Assembly: GCA_963849325.1 (NCBI GenBank)
Contig: CAWKHF010000005.1
Coordinates: 736,001-800,000 of the forward strand
Length of the DNA: 64,000 nucleotides
Direction: 5' to 3'
Source of the DNA: an uncultured Planctomycetota bacterium
GTDB taxonomy: Bacteria; Planctomycetota; Planctomycetia; Gemmatales; Gemmataceae
Both the position numbers and the translations under genes were made by a program. Below are positions 13,618 through 22,533 of this stretch, in pieces (positions within the stretch are counted from its first letter, which is position 1; the number at the start of each line of letters is the position of its first letter). The notes under the pieces are model-generated. The model saw only the letters and a list, made by a program, of their open reading frames with translations. It did no database searches and was not told the origin of the DNA.

Positions 13618-14103
13618 ATGGCGCGCAAGCCCAAGAAAGACGAAGCCGACGGCATCCGCATCATTTGCCGCAACAAGCGGGCCTTTCACGAGTACGACAT
13701 CGAGGACACGCTGGAGTGCGGCCTGGTGCTGACCGGCACCGAGGTCAAGAGCCTGCGCGACGGCGCCGGCGGACTCGAAGATGCCTACGCCAAGATCGAG
13801 GACGGCGAAGTCTGGCTGATCGGCTGCGACATTCCCGAGTACAGCATGGGCAACCGCATGAACCACAAGCCCAAGCGGCCGCGCAAGCTGCTGATGCACC
13901 GCCGCGAGATCGCCAAGTTCGCCGCCAAGGCGTCGCAGCGCGGCTTCACGCTGGTGCCGCTCAAGATGTACTTCAAGGACGGCCGGGCCAAGGTCGAGGT
14001 GGCCGTGGCTCGCGGCAAGCAGCTGCACGATAAGCGCCAGGCGGCGAAGAAGTCCGACGCCCAGAGAGAAATTCGCCGGGCCATCTCCGAGCGCCGGCGG
14101 TAA
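13618..14103 (+). CDS. smpB: SsrA-binding protein
   Basis: NKRA.HEY, G.VLTGTEVKSLR, RKLLMH..EI, GK..HDKR. Confidence 0.97.
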   Translation: MARKPKKDEADGIRIICRNKRAFHEYDIEDTLECGLVLTGTEVKSLRDGAGGLEDAYAKIEDGEVWLIGCDIPEYSMGNRMNHKPKRPRKLLMHRREIAKFAAKASQRGFTLVPLKMYFKDGRAKVEVAVARGKQLHDKRQAAKKSDAQREIRRAISERRR

Positions 14104-14116
14104 CAATCAGAAAAGA

Positions 14117-14184
14117 ACCACGGATAACACGGATAAAGACAAAAAACAAGAAAATACCTCTTCTTTATCCGTGTTATCCGTGAT
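14117..14184. repeat. Inverted 9-mer repeat element, family G (CACGGATAA)
   Basis: Arms of repeated CACGG(A/T) units around an A-rich spacer. Confidence 0.75.
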
Positions 14185-14202
14185 TTGGCAAGGTCAGGCA
14201 TC

Positions 14203-14870
14203 ATGCCGACTTCATCCTGGAATATCGTCTTTGTTATCGCCCTCATTGCCTATCTCGGCATTCGAGGAGTGTTCGATCACCGCGCCGAAGCAACGAAAAG
14301 ACCGTCCGCCGAACGGACTGGCGCGATCGGGCTTTGCTGTCCCTCGTCCTACTTGGAAGCCTCCTGCTGCCGGCCGGTTATCTGCTCACGCCTTGGCTCT
14401 CGTTCGCGGATTATCGTCTTCCGGCTTTGGCTCACTGGTGCGGCACGGTGGTGATGGCGGCTGCGCTCTGGCTGTTCTGGCGGTCTCACGCCGATTTGGG
14501 TCCGAACTGGTCGGTTACGTTGGAGCTGCGCAAGGGCCATCAACTGGTCCAGCGCGGCGTTTACCGCTCGATTCGCCACCCGATGTATGCTTCCATCTGG
14601 CTGTTCAGTATGGGACAGGGACTCCTGCTGGACAACTGGCTCGCCGGCTGGTCGGCCCTGGCGTCGTTCGCGCCGCTGTATTTCGTGCGTACGCCCCGCG
14701 AGGAACAGATGATGTGCGAGTTCTTCGGGCAGGAGTATCGTGATTACATGCGGCAGACCGGCCGGCTGTTGCCTCGCCTTTCTGTCAAGCAGACGATCTC
14801 CAGCAATACGAACAATGCCCAGCGAAACCATGCCCAACCAGGCGTTGCAGCAGACCGGCCACGCGAATAA
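14203..14870 (+). CDS. Isoprenylcysteine carboxyl methyltransferase family protein (frameshift(s) near 14290-14330)
   Basis: LG.NWS......H.LV..GVYR.IRHPMY, R...EE.MM...FG.EY..Y. Confidence 0.85.
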
Positions 14871-14936
14871 CGCCTGTTCGTGCTTCAGCGCCTTCTTCCG
14901 AGTGAGCCGGCTGCTGAGCTTGTTATTTTTTTCGGC
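14832..14936 (+). other. attC-like integron cassette recombination site (degenerate R')
   Basis: R'' GCCCAAC, 5-bp spacer, L'' GTTGCAGC ... L' GCTGAGC, pairing CCGGC/GCCGG arms, ends TTCGGC. Confidence 0.6.
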
Positions 14937-14967
14937 TGGATACGCGCACCGGGTCAGGGAGGGCCCC

Positions 14968-15973
14968 ATGCACTGGATCGGCCTGGTCGATCATCCCGAA
15001 CACGTCTGTTGCCGCTATCGCCTGGCGGCGTTCCGTCCCTTTCTGGAGCAGGCGGGCCATACCCTGGAGCTGCAGGCGGTCCCGCGCCGCTGGTGGTCGC
15101 GGCTGGCCTTCTTCCGCCGGCTGTGCGGGGCCAACGTGATCTTGCAGCGCCGCCTACCGTCCGCCTGGCAGCGCGTTCTGCTGCGCCGAGCCTCTCGACT
15201 GTTGTTCGATTTCGACGACGCCGTGTTCCTACGTGATTCGTATGCCGCCCGCGGCTTGCACGATCCTCGCCGTCTGCGCCGCTTCGCCGGCCTGCTGCGC
15301 TGCGCCGATGCGGTGATCGCCGGTAACACCTTTCTCGCCGAGCACGCCGCCCGCTGGGCCGGCGAAGAGCGCGTCCACGTCATCCCGACCTGCATTGATC
15401 CCGGCCGCTATCCGCTGGCCGAACCGGCGCGGATCGGCAGCGGCGTCGAGCTAGTGTGGGTGGGATCGTCGAGCACCTTGCAGGGACTGCAAGCGATCGC
15501 GCCGCTGCTGGAAGAGATTGGCCGCAGTCTGCCCGGCTTGCGCTTGAAACTCCTCTGCGATCGCTTCCTGCAACTGCACGACCTGACCGTGATGCCGTGC
15601 CGGTGGAGCGAGTCCAGCGAGGCCGAGGACATCGCTGGCGCCGACATCGGCATCAGCTGGGTGCCCGATGACCTGTGGAGCCGCGGCAAGTGCGGCCTGA
15701 AAGTGCTGCAATACATGGCCGCCGGATTGCCGGTGATCGCCAACCCCGTCGGCGTCCAGGTCGAGATGGTGCGACACGGCGAGACGGGTTTTCTGGCCGA
15801 GACGCCAGCGCAGTGGGTCGAGGCGGTGCATCGACTGGCGCACGACCCGGACCTGCGGAGGCGGATGGGACGCGCCGGTCGGCGACTTGGTTGAATCACG
15901 CTACAGCGTCGCGGCGGGCGCGGCGCGCTGGGTGACGCTGTTGGATCGCTTGAGGGAGCCGCTGGCGGCTTAG
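14968..15973 (+). CDS. Glycosyltransferase family 4 (frameshift near 15890)
   Basis: FDFDDA, GKCGLK.LQYMA.GLPV.A.PVG, G..G.LA motifs. Confidence 0.85.
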
Positions 15974-16116
15974 TGTCTGTCCCGTAAGCCCCTCTCCCCC
16001 GTACTCCGGGGGAGAGGGGTTGGGGTGAGGGGGCGTTTTCTGCGGGTTTGCCGCCCCCTCACCCCCAACCCCTCTCCCCCGAGTACGGGGGAGAGGGGGG
16101 CTTACGGGACAGACTC
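15973..16116. mobile_element. MITE-like element with 16-bp TIRs and TTA target duplication, carrying a CCCCTCTCCCC palindrome (family F)
   Basis: G(T/A)GTCTGTCCCGTAAG inverted ends; TTA at 15970-15972 and 16117-16119. Confidence 0.7.
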
Positions 16117-16156
16117 TTAGAAGCGGCTTGTGAGCACAACGACACCGAGGGGCAGC

Positions 16157-17859
16157 ATGTCGGAGTCCCCTATCCTTGTGACCGGCGGAGTGCGCTGGCA
16201 GATACGGCCTGGCCTGGAGTATCTGTTCGGGTCGGACGGCTTGCGCCTGAACGAATGGCTGGCCGCGGGACAGGCCCGCGTCATCAAACATGGCCAGCAT
16301 CGCACGGTCTATCACGTCACCTTGCCCGAGTTGGATTTCTATCTCAAGCACAATCGCCTCGCCGATGGCCGTGCCTGGCTGCGCGAAATGGTACGGCCGA
16401 GCAAGGCCCGCGGCGAATACGACAACGCACTGGTCGTCGCCGCCCGTGGGGTGCCGACCATCGAGCCGTTGGCCCTCGGCGAAACGAGTCGCGGGGCCGG
16501 GCCGCGCTGCAGTTACCTCATCACGCGAGCACTGCCGGAGACCCGGCCGCTCAACTCCTTCCTGGAAACGACGCTGCCGCAGTGGCCGGCCCCGCGCCGT
16601 ACCCGCCTGCGCCAGCGCCTGGCCGTGACGCTGGGCCGATTGCTGGCCCACATGCACGACGCCGGCATCGCCCATCCCGATCTCCACCCCGGCAACGTCC
16701 TTCTGCGGCTCGACGCCGACGATCGGCTCGAACTCTTCCTCATCGACCTGCATGGCCTTCACCTGGGTGCGCCGCTGTCCTGGCGTGCCCGGCGAGCGAA
16801 CCTCATTGTCCTCAACCGCTGGTTCATGCTCCGCACCGAGCACAGCGATCGCTTGCGCTTCTGGCACGCCTACCGCTCGACCGGCCGGAGCGAGGAGCCG
16901 ACGGTCGAAGGCCGGCAGCCGATCGCCGAACTGGAGCGCGGAACGCTGGCGTCGAACCTGTGTTTCTGGCGCGGGCTGGATCGTCGTTGTCGAAAAGGGA
17001 ATCGCCACTTTCGGCGCGTGCGCGGCGAGGGCGTCGCGGGCCATGCGGTGGCAGACCTTCCAGCCGAGGCGCTGGCGCCGCTGCTGGCCGACCCCGATGC
17101 GCCGTTCGAGCGGCCGGACGCCATGGTGCTGAAGAAATCGCCCAGTTCCGCCGTCGTCGAACTGGACCTGCCGGGACCGCAGGGGTCGCGGCGCGTCATC
17201 TACAAGCGCTTCGCCGTGACGACCTGGAGCGACCCGTGGGCGGCACTATTTCGGCCGACGCCGGCACTGCGTTCCTACGTCATGGGGCACGGCTTGCTGC
17301 TGCGCTGTCTGCCGACGCCGCGTCCCCTGGCGGTCTGGCACCGCTATCGTCGCGGTCTGCGCCACGAGGGCTACCTGCTCACCGAGAAAGCTCCCGACGC
17401 CCTGGAATTGCTTCCCTTCGTGAACCACCTGAACACGCTGCCCGCCGCGGAGGGCCGTGCCTTGCTGCGCCGCCTCATCGATCAGGTCGCGCACCTCGTT
17501 GGTATCTTGCACCAGCGCCGCCTGTCACACCGCGACCTCAAGGCGGCGAACCTGTTGGTGAGCGGCGTCTCCTCTCTGGCCGCCGGAGGCGAGGTGTCGG
17601 TCTGCTTCATCGATCTCGTCGGCGTCCGCCGACCGTTCAAGCTGTGCCGCTCGCGGCGGGTGCAGAACCTCGCTCGGCTGAATACCAGCTTCCTCGACCA
17701 CCCCGGCCTGACGCGCACGGATCGATTGCGCTTCCTGCGCATGTACCTGCGCTGGGGCTGCGCGGGCGGATCGGTTGGAAACGCTGGTGGCGGCAGATCG
17801 CGGAGGCGACCGCCGACAAGGTCCGCCGCAATGGACGCAACCGCCGTCCGCTGGGCTGA
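16157..17859 (+). CDS. Tandem double-domain LPS kinase (Kdo/WaaP/InaA family; frameshift near 17757)
   Basis: Two catalytic loops, HPDLHPGN..IDL and HRDLKAAN..IDL, each followed by TDRLRF-like motifs. Confidence 0.85.
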
Positions 17860-17928
17860 CCGCCAGGCAACTCCTCTTGCCAATCCACGCGGCCGACCGT
17901 ATGAGGTCGAGAAGCCGAGCAAGAACTA

Positions 17929-18067
17929 ACCACCGAGACACAGAGAGCACAGAGAAACAAAAAGAGAGAAGCACGCGAAGGCGGAGAACGAAGGATGGCA
18001 GGGCAAAATCTCCGTTTTTCAAGGTGTTTTGTCTCCTCTTCTTCTGTCTTCTCTGTGTCTCTGTGGT
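17929..18067. repeat. Inverted 9-mer repeat element, family G variant (CACAGAG)
   Basis: ACCACCGAGACACAGAGAGCACAGAG ... CTCTGTGTCTCTGTGGT. Confidence 0.7.
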
Positions 18068-19017
18068 ACTCCGTTCTTTTGTCTTCGATGCTCGGCTGCA
18101 ATTCCTTCAGCCTGAATCTGCTGTCGCGCGACAAGACCGAGAAGACGGGCGCCGATGCGCATGTGCTGCCGGCCTCGCCGGGGCGCTACACGTTCCGAAT
18201 CGCCCCCTACGTCTTCCTGTCCGACTTCGAGGTGAAGCGCGATCAGCCGCTGTTCCAGGAATTGGCCAAGCTGCGCGACCAGGTCTACCGCGAGCTGCAA
18301 CTGACGCCGGGCCGCTCGGCCGTGCAGGTCTACCTCTTCGAGAACAAGGAGCGTTACGAGCAGTTCATGCACGCGGTCTATCCGAACTTGCCGCCGCGCC
18401 GCGCCTTCTTCATCGCCCAGCAGCGGGCGATGGGCGGCGCCGACGATCTGCTGGTGTATACGCGCTGGGGCGACCGCATCCAGCAAGACCTGCGCCACGA
18501 ACTGACGCACGCCCTGCTGCACAGCGTCATCCGCGACGTGCCGCTGTGGCTGGACGAGGGCTTGGCCGAATACTTCGAGCTGCCGCCCGAGCGCCAGGGC
18601 GTCAACGCCGCGCACGTCGAAACGCTCCGCCGCGACCTCGGCGTCAGCTTCCAGCCCGACCTCGATCGACTGGAGAAGCTCAAGGACGTAGGCGACATGA
18701 AAAGTGCGGAATACCGCGAAGCGTGGCTGTGGGTCCACCTGATGATGCACGCCCGGCCGGAGTCCAAAAAGGTGCTGCTGGCGTACTTGCAGGACTTACG
18801 CACGAATCGCAACCCCGGTCTGCTCGGCCCGCGCCTGGCCGCCGTCTTCCCGTCCTTGCCCGAAGCCTTCAAGAAACACCTCGAAGGTCATCGAACTACC
18901 CGTTCCTGGCCCGCTCAGCCCAGCGCTGAAGAAGAGACCACCACGGAAAACACGGAATACACGGAAAAAAGACAAAAGATAACAACCGAGATCGTCAAGC
19001 AGATAAGATGGAAGTGA
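17995..19017 (+). CDS. DUF1570-like HExxH peptidase-domain probable lipoprotein (start uncertain)
   Basis: LGC lipobox, HELTH, PLWLDEGLAEYFE, Y..AW..VH. Confidence 0.75.
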   Translation: MAGQNLRFSRCFVSSSSVFSVSLWYSVLLSSMLGCNSFSLNLLSRDKTEKTGADAHVLPASPGRYTFRIAPYVFLSDFEVKRDQPLFQELAKLRDQVYRELQLTPGRSAVQVYLFENKERYEQFMHAVYPNLPPRRAFFIAQQRAMGGADDLLVYTRWGDRIQQDLRHELTHALLHSVIRDVPLWLDEGLAEYFELPPERQGVNAAHVETLRRDLGVSFQPDLDRLEKLKDVGDMKSAEYREAWLWVHLMMHARPESKKVLLAYLQDLRTNRNPGLLGPRLAAVFPSLPEAFKKHLEGHRTTRSWPAQPSAEEETTTENTEYTEKRQKITTEIVKQIRWK

Positions 19018-19062
19018 ATGGAGTTTGGTATTTTTTCCGTGTATTCCGTGTATTCCGTGGTG
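18939..19062. repeat. Inverted 9-mer repeat element, family G (CACGGAATA x3)
   Basis: Three units per arm with A/T tails. Confidence 0.8.
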
Positions 19063-19088
19063 ATCTTCTTGGATTTTTCGTGGTCGGT

Positions 19089-19822
19089 ATGAACCTCCTC
19101 GTCACGGCCGGCAACACGCTCGTCCCGATCGATCGTGTGCGCGCCATCACCAACGTCTTCACCGGCCGCACCGGCGCATCCATCGCCCGGTGCGCCTGGG
19201 AGCGCGGCCATACCGTCACCTTGCTGACTTCGCATCCGGAAGTGGTGGACGCGCCTACCGGTGGCGCTGGGCGATGGTCCGCTATTGCACGTTTGAGGAC
19301 CTGCAAAATCTTCTGGGCGAGCTGGTGACGAGCGGCGGCCTCGATGCGGTCATTCACTGCGCGGCCGTCAGCGATTACCTGGTGGGCGGCATTTACTCCT
19401 CGGCGGAGCACACGCATTTTCGCCCGCAATCGGGGCGCTGGGAGAGTGAGGACGCGGCCGGCCCGGCGCTGGTCGATCGCGCGGCGGGCAAGGTCAAGAG
19501 CGACGAGCCGGAGTTGTGGCTGCGGCTGGTGCGCGCCCCCAAGCTGATCGACCGCGTCCGCAGCGACTGGGGCTTTCGCGGCCTGCTCGTCAAGTTCAAG
19601 CTCGAAGTCGGCGTCGGCGACGAGCAACTGCTCGCCGTCGCCGAACGCTCGCGGCTGCACTCCGCCGCCGATCTGATGGTGGCCAACACGCTGGAAGGTG
19701 CCGGCGAGTGGGCCTTCCTCGGCCCGCTGGACGGACAGTATCAGCGCGTGCCGCGGCGCGACCTGGCCGAGCGACTGCTGACTGCACTCGAACAGCACCC
19801 ACGGAAACACACCGATGGCTAA
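19089..19822 (+). CDS. coaB: Phosphopantothenate-cysteine ligase, monofunctional (frameshift near 19260)
   Basis: VTAGNT..PID.VR.ITN..TG..G, AAVSDY, K..S, PKLI, FKLE, VAN. Confidence 0.85.
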
Positions 19823-20453
19823 CCTTCTGCTCGGCGTCACCGGCTCGGTGGCCGCCATCAAAACCCCGTTGCTGTACGAGACGCTGAAACGTGCGGGCCA
19901 TGCCGTCAAGGTGGTCGCCACGCAAGCCTCTCTCTATTTCTTCGACCCGGCCGCTATCGAGCGCGAAACCCTCGTCCTCGATGAGGACGAATGGCCGGGG
20001 CGGAACGAAGGACGGCGTTGGCAGCGGGACGAGGAGGTGCTGCACATCGAATTGCGCCGCTGGGCGGACGTGCTGCTGATCGCGCCTTTGGACGCAAATA
20101 CGCTCGCTAAACTCGCCAATGGCCTCGCCGACAACTGCCTGACCTGCGTGTGGCGCGCCTGGGAGCCGGGCCGGCCGGTGGTGCTGGCGCCGGCGATGAA
20201 CACGCTCATGTGGCAGCATCCGGCGACCGGCCGGCACCTGCGCCAGATCGCCGCCGACATGGGGGCGACGCCGCCCGCCGACGTGCCGCTGGACGAACTG
20301 CCCGAGTGGATCAACGGCCACAACCCGCGTCTGCGCATCGCGGCCCCGGAGGACCGGCGGCTGGCCTGCGGCGACGTCGGCGTCGGCGCCATGGCGTCCG
20401 TGGAAACGATCACGGAAATGGTTCAAGTCCTGCTTCGCATCGCCGCCCCTTGA
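19815..20453 (+). CDS. coaC: Phosphopantothenoylcysteine decarboxylase (HFCD flavoprotein), monofunctional
   Basis: LLGVTGSVAA.K, HIELRRWAD, AP..ANTLAK, APAMN..MW.HP, LACGD.G.GAM. Confidence 0.9.
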   Translation: MANLLLGVTGSVAAIKTPLLYETLKRAGHAVKVVATQASLYFFDPAAIERETLVLDEDEWPGRNEGRRWQRDEEVLHIELRRWADVLLIAPLDANTLAKLANGLADNCLTCVWRAWEPGRPVVLAPAMNTLMWQHPATGRHLRQIAADMGATPPADVPLDELPEWINGHNPRLRIAAPEDRRLACGDVGVGAMASVETITEMVQVLLRIAAP

Positions 20454-20530
20454 CAGCCGGTCCTCCCATCAGCTAATTTGCATATGCCTCTCCGCACATC
20501 CAGGACGCCTTTCTTGCAGGAGGTCCACTC

Positions 20531-21190
20531 ATGTCTGCGCGTTGGCAATTCCCCCTCGTCGTCTCCTTGTTGGGCATCGCTTTCGCCGGTGGTCCTTACG
20601 CGAACCGTGCTCGCGCTCAGTGCCGCCACGGCGGAGGGGCCAATTCCCAACAAACCCCGGGGCTGATGCAGCAGCAATTGATGCAGCAGCAATTGATGCA
20701 ACAGCGGATGTTGATGCAGCAAATCCAGCGACAGCAATTGATGCAGACGGTGCAGCTCGATCGTCAGATGCGCGAGATGGTCCGCCAGGGACCCGAGGCG
20801 ATCAAGGACGCCCTGCACGGTTCGTCCGCGGAGAAGCGCGCGTTGGCCGCCCTGGTTGTCGGCAAGTACGGCCCCGCGCTGACGGACGATTTGATCCAGC
20901 TGCTGACCGACGACCAGGCTTTCGTTCGTCAGGCGGCTCGGCGTGGACTGGTCCAGTTGAACACCAGCACCGTGACGCGCGACGGCAAGCCGGTCAGCGG
21001 ACGCAGCGTCGATTTTGGACCAGCTCCTCAGGCCAATCGCGCCGCTCAGAAAGCCGCCGCCCGTAAGTGGAGCCTTTGGTTCGAGCGGCAGCAGACGCGC
21101 CTCGCCAAGACGAAAGCGGCCAGCCCTCCCGCGGCCGCGACTCCTCCCCTGAAGGGCATCGCCGCGGCGGCAGCCAAACCGGCGCCCTGA
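20531..21190 (+). CDS. Secreted Gln-rich HEAT-repeat protein
   Basis: Signal peptide, LMQQQ repeats, LI.LL.D....VR.AA...L HEAT motif. Confidence 0.65.
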   Translation: MSARWQFPLVVSLLGIAFAGGPYANRARAQCRHGGGANSQQTPGLMQQQLMQQQLMQQRMLMQQIQRQQLMQTVQLDRQMREMVRQGPEAIKDALHGSSAEKRALAALVVGKYGPALTDDLIQLLTDDQAFVRQAARRGLVQLNTSTVTRDGKPVSGRSVDFGPAPQANRAAQKAAARKWSLWFERQQTRLAKTKAASPPAAATPPLKGIAAAAAKPAP

Positions 21191-21217
21191 CGGAAGGGAC
21201 GAGGCACGGCCCCAAGC

Positions 21218-22444
21218 TCACAAACCATGCACGGCGACGACAGTGCAGTTATCGCTGCCGCCGCCCTGGTTGGCCAACTCGATCAGGCGATTCGCCAAAC
21301 CCGCCGCGGACGTACCCGCCTTGGCGATCACCTCCTGCATCATGCGGTCGGTGACGTGCGCGTACAGGCCGTCGCAGCAGGCCACCAGCCAATCGCCCTT
21401 GCCCAGCGTCAACTCATAGCGTGCCGGCTCGAGGAGGGCGTACTTGCCGATGGCTTGCGATACCTCGTGGCGGCGCGGGTGCTTGGCCGCCTCCTCCGGC
21501 GTCAGCTGGCCCAGCTCGACCATGCGGGCCACCAACGTCTGATCGCGCGTCACCTGCGTCAGCCGGCCGCCGCTGGCGTGGTAGACGCGGCAGTCGCCCA
21601 CCAGGCTGATGTAGACCTGGCCGTCCCATAGCAGCAGCGCCACGGCCGTCGAACCCATGCCCTTGCAGTCGGCGTCCTGCTGCGCCTTCTCGCGGACCAA
21701 TCGATTCGCTTCGAGCATGCCGCGATCCAGCGTCTCGGCCAGGTCCGCAGACACCGATTTGCCGCTGAGCACATCGGCCACCAGGGGCATGACCGCGCCG
21801 CCGAGGGCGCGGACGACGAGCGCGCTGGCCCGGTCGCCGGCCTGGTGGCCGCCCATGCCGTCGGCGATGACGATCAAGGCGATTTCGTGCATCCGGTCGA
21901 GGCTGCTCCAGGTACACTGCTGCACCAGCAGGCTGTCTTCGTTGCGATCGCGCACTCGGCCGCGCGTGGTGGCGCTGCCGAGGACGAGACGCACGGTCGG
22001 CGCCGACGGCCCGGCGGCGGCCGGCGCCGCCTTCTTCTCCCGGGTGACTCCTTCCAGCTCATCCAGGAGTTCCATCACCCGCTCGTCGTCGTCCACCGGC
22101 GCGGCGGCGGCCTCGCCGTCCCAGGGCGCGGCGAACATTTCCTGCTCGGCCTGCTCGGCTTGCCGCACGTCGTCGAGCCAGTCGGACGGCGCCGGCGCGG
22201 CGGCCGGCTTCTCGTCCTCGGCGGCGCGCAGGTCGCTCAGCCAGTCGGGCGCGGCCTTGCTGGGGGCGGCAGGGGAGAAATCGACGGCGGTTTGCGCCGG
22301 CACCGCCTGAGTGTGGTCCTTGCCTTCCGGCCAAATGAGGTCGGTCGGCCCCAGCTGTCCGGCGAGGGCCAGCTGTCGCAGCTGCGCCGCCGTCGCCGGG
22401 CCGAGCGTCTGACCCGCGTGCGTGTAATACCAGCGATCGGCCAT
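21218..22444 (-). CDS. PP2C-family Ser/Thr phosphatase with N-terminal GYF_2 (DUF4339) domain
   Basis: WYY...GQ.LGP...LRQL...G.L.P.DL.W.EG; R..NED, ADGMGGH, MGST, VGD.R.Y, CDGL, GG.DNCT. Confidence 0.9.
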   Translation of the reverse strand: MADRWYYTHAGQTLGPATAAQLRQLALAGQLGPTDLIWPEGKDHTQAVPAQTAVDFSPAAPSKAAPDWLSDLRAAEDEKPAAAPAPSDWLDDVRQAEQAEQEMFAAPWDGEAAAAPVDDDERVMELLDELEGVTREKKAAPAAAGPSAPTVRLVLGSATTRGRVRDRNEDSLLVQQCTWSSLDRMHEIALIVIADGMGGHQAGDRASALVVRALGGAVMPLVADVLSGKSVSADLAETLDRGMLEANRLVREKAQQDADCKGMGSTAVALLLWDGQVYISLVGDCRVYHASGGRLTQVTRDQTLVARMVELGQLTPEEAAKHPRRHEVSQAIGKYALLEPARYELTLGKGDWLVACCDGLYAHVTDRMMQEVIAKAGTSAAGLANRLIELANQGGGSDNCTVVAVHGL

Positions 22445-22466
22445 AAGGATTTCCCGTCTCTCTACC

Positions 22467-22516
22467 AGCCCGGAACGTCCGCGACGGGTTTTTTCCCGTC
22501 GGGGACACTCCGGGTT
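22467..22516. repeat. Imperfect palindrome related to family B
   Basis: AGCCCGGA..CGACGGG / CCCGTCG..TCCGGGTT arms. Confidence 0.55.
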
Positions 22517-22533
22517 AGTCGTTTTGCAGCCCC

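Noticed and set aside
13421-14200. tmRNA gene next to smpB
   Set aside because: No tRNA-like GGGG..TCCACCA ends or space for it.
20660-20750. 15-bp tandem repeats GATGCAGCAGCAATT
   Set aside because: Ordinary in-frame low-complexity LMQQQ coding repeat.
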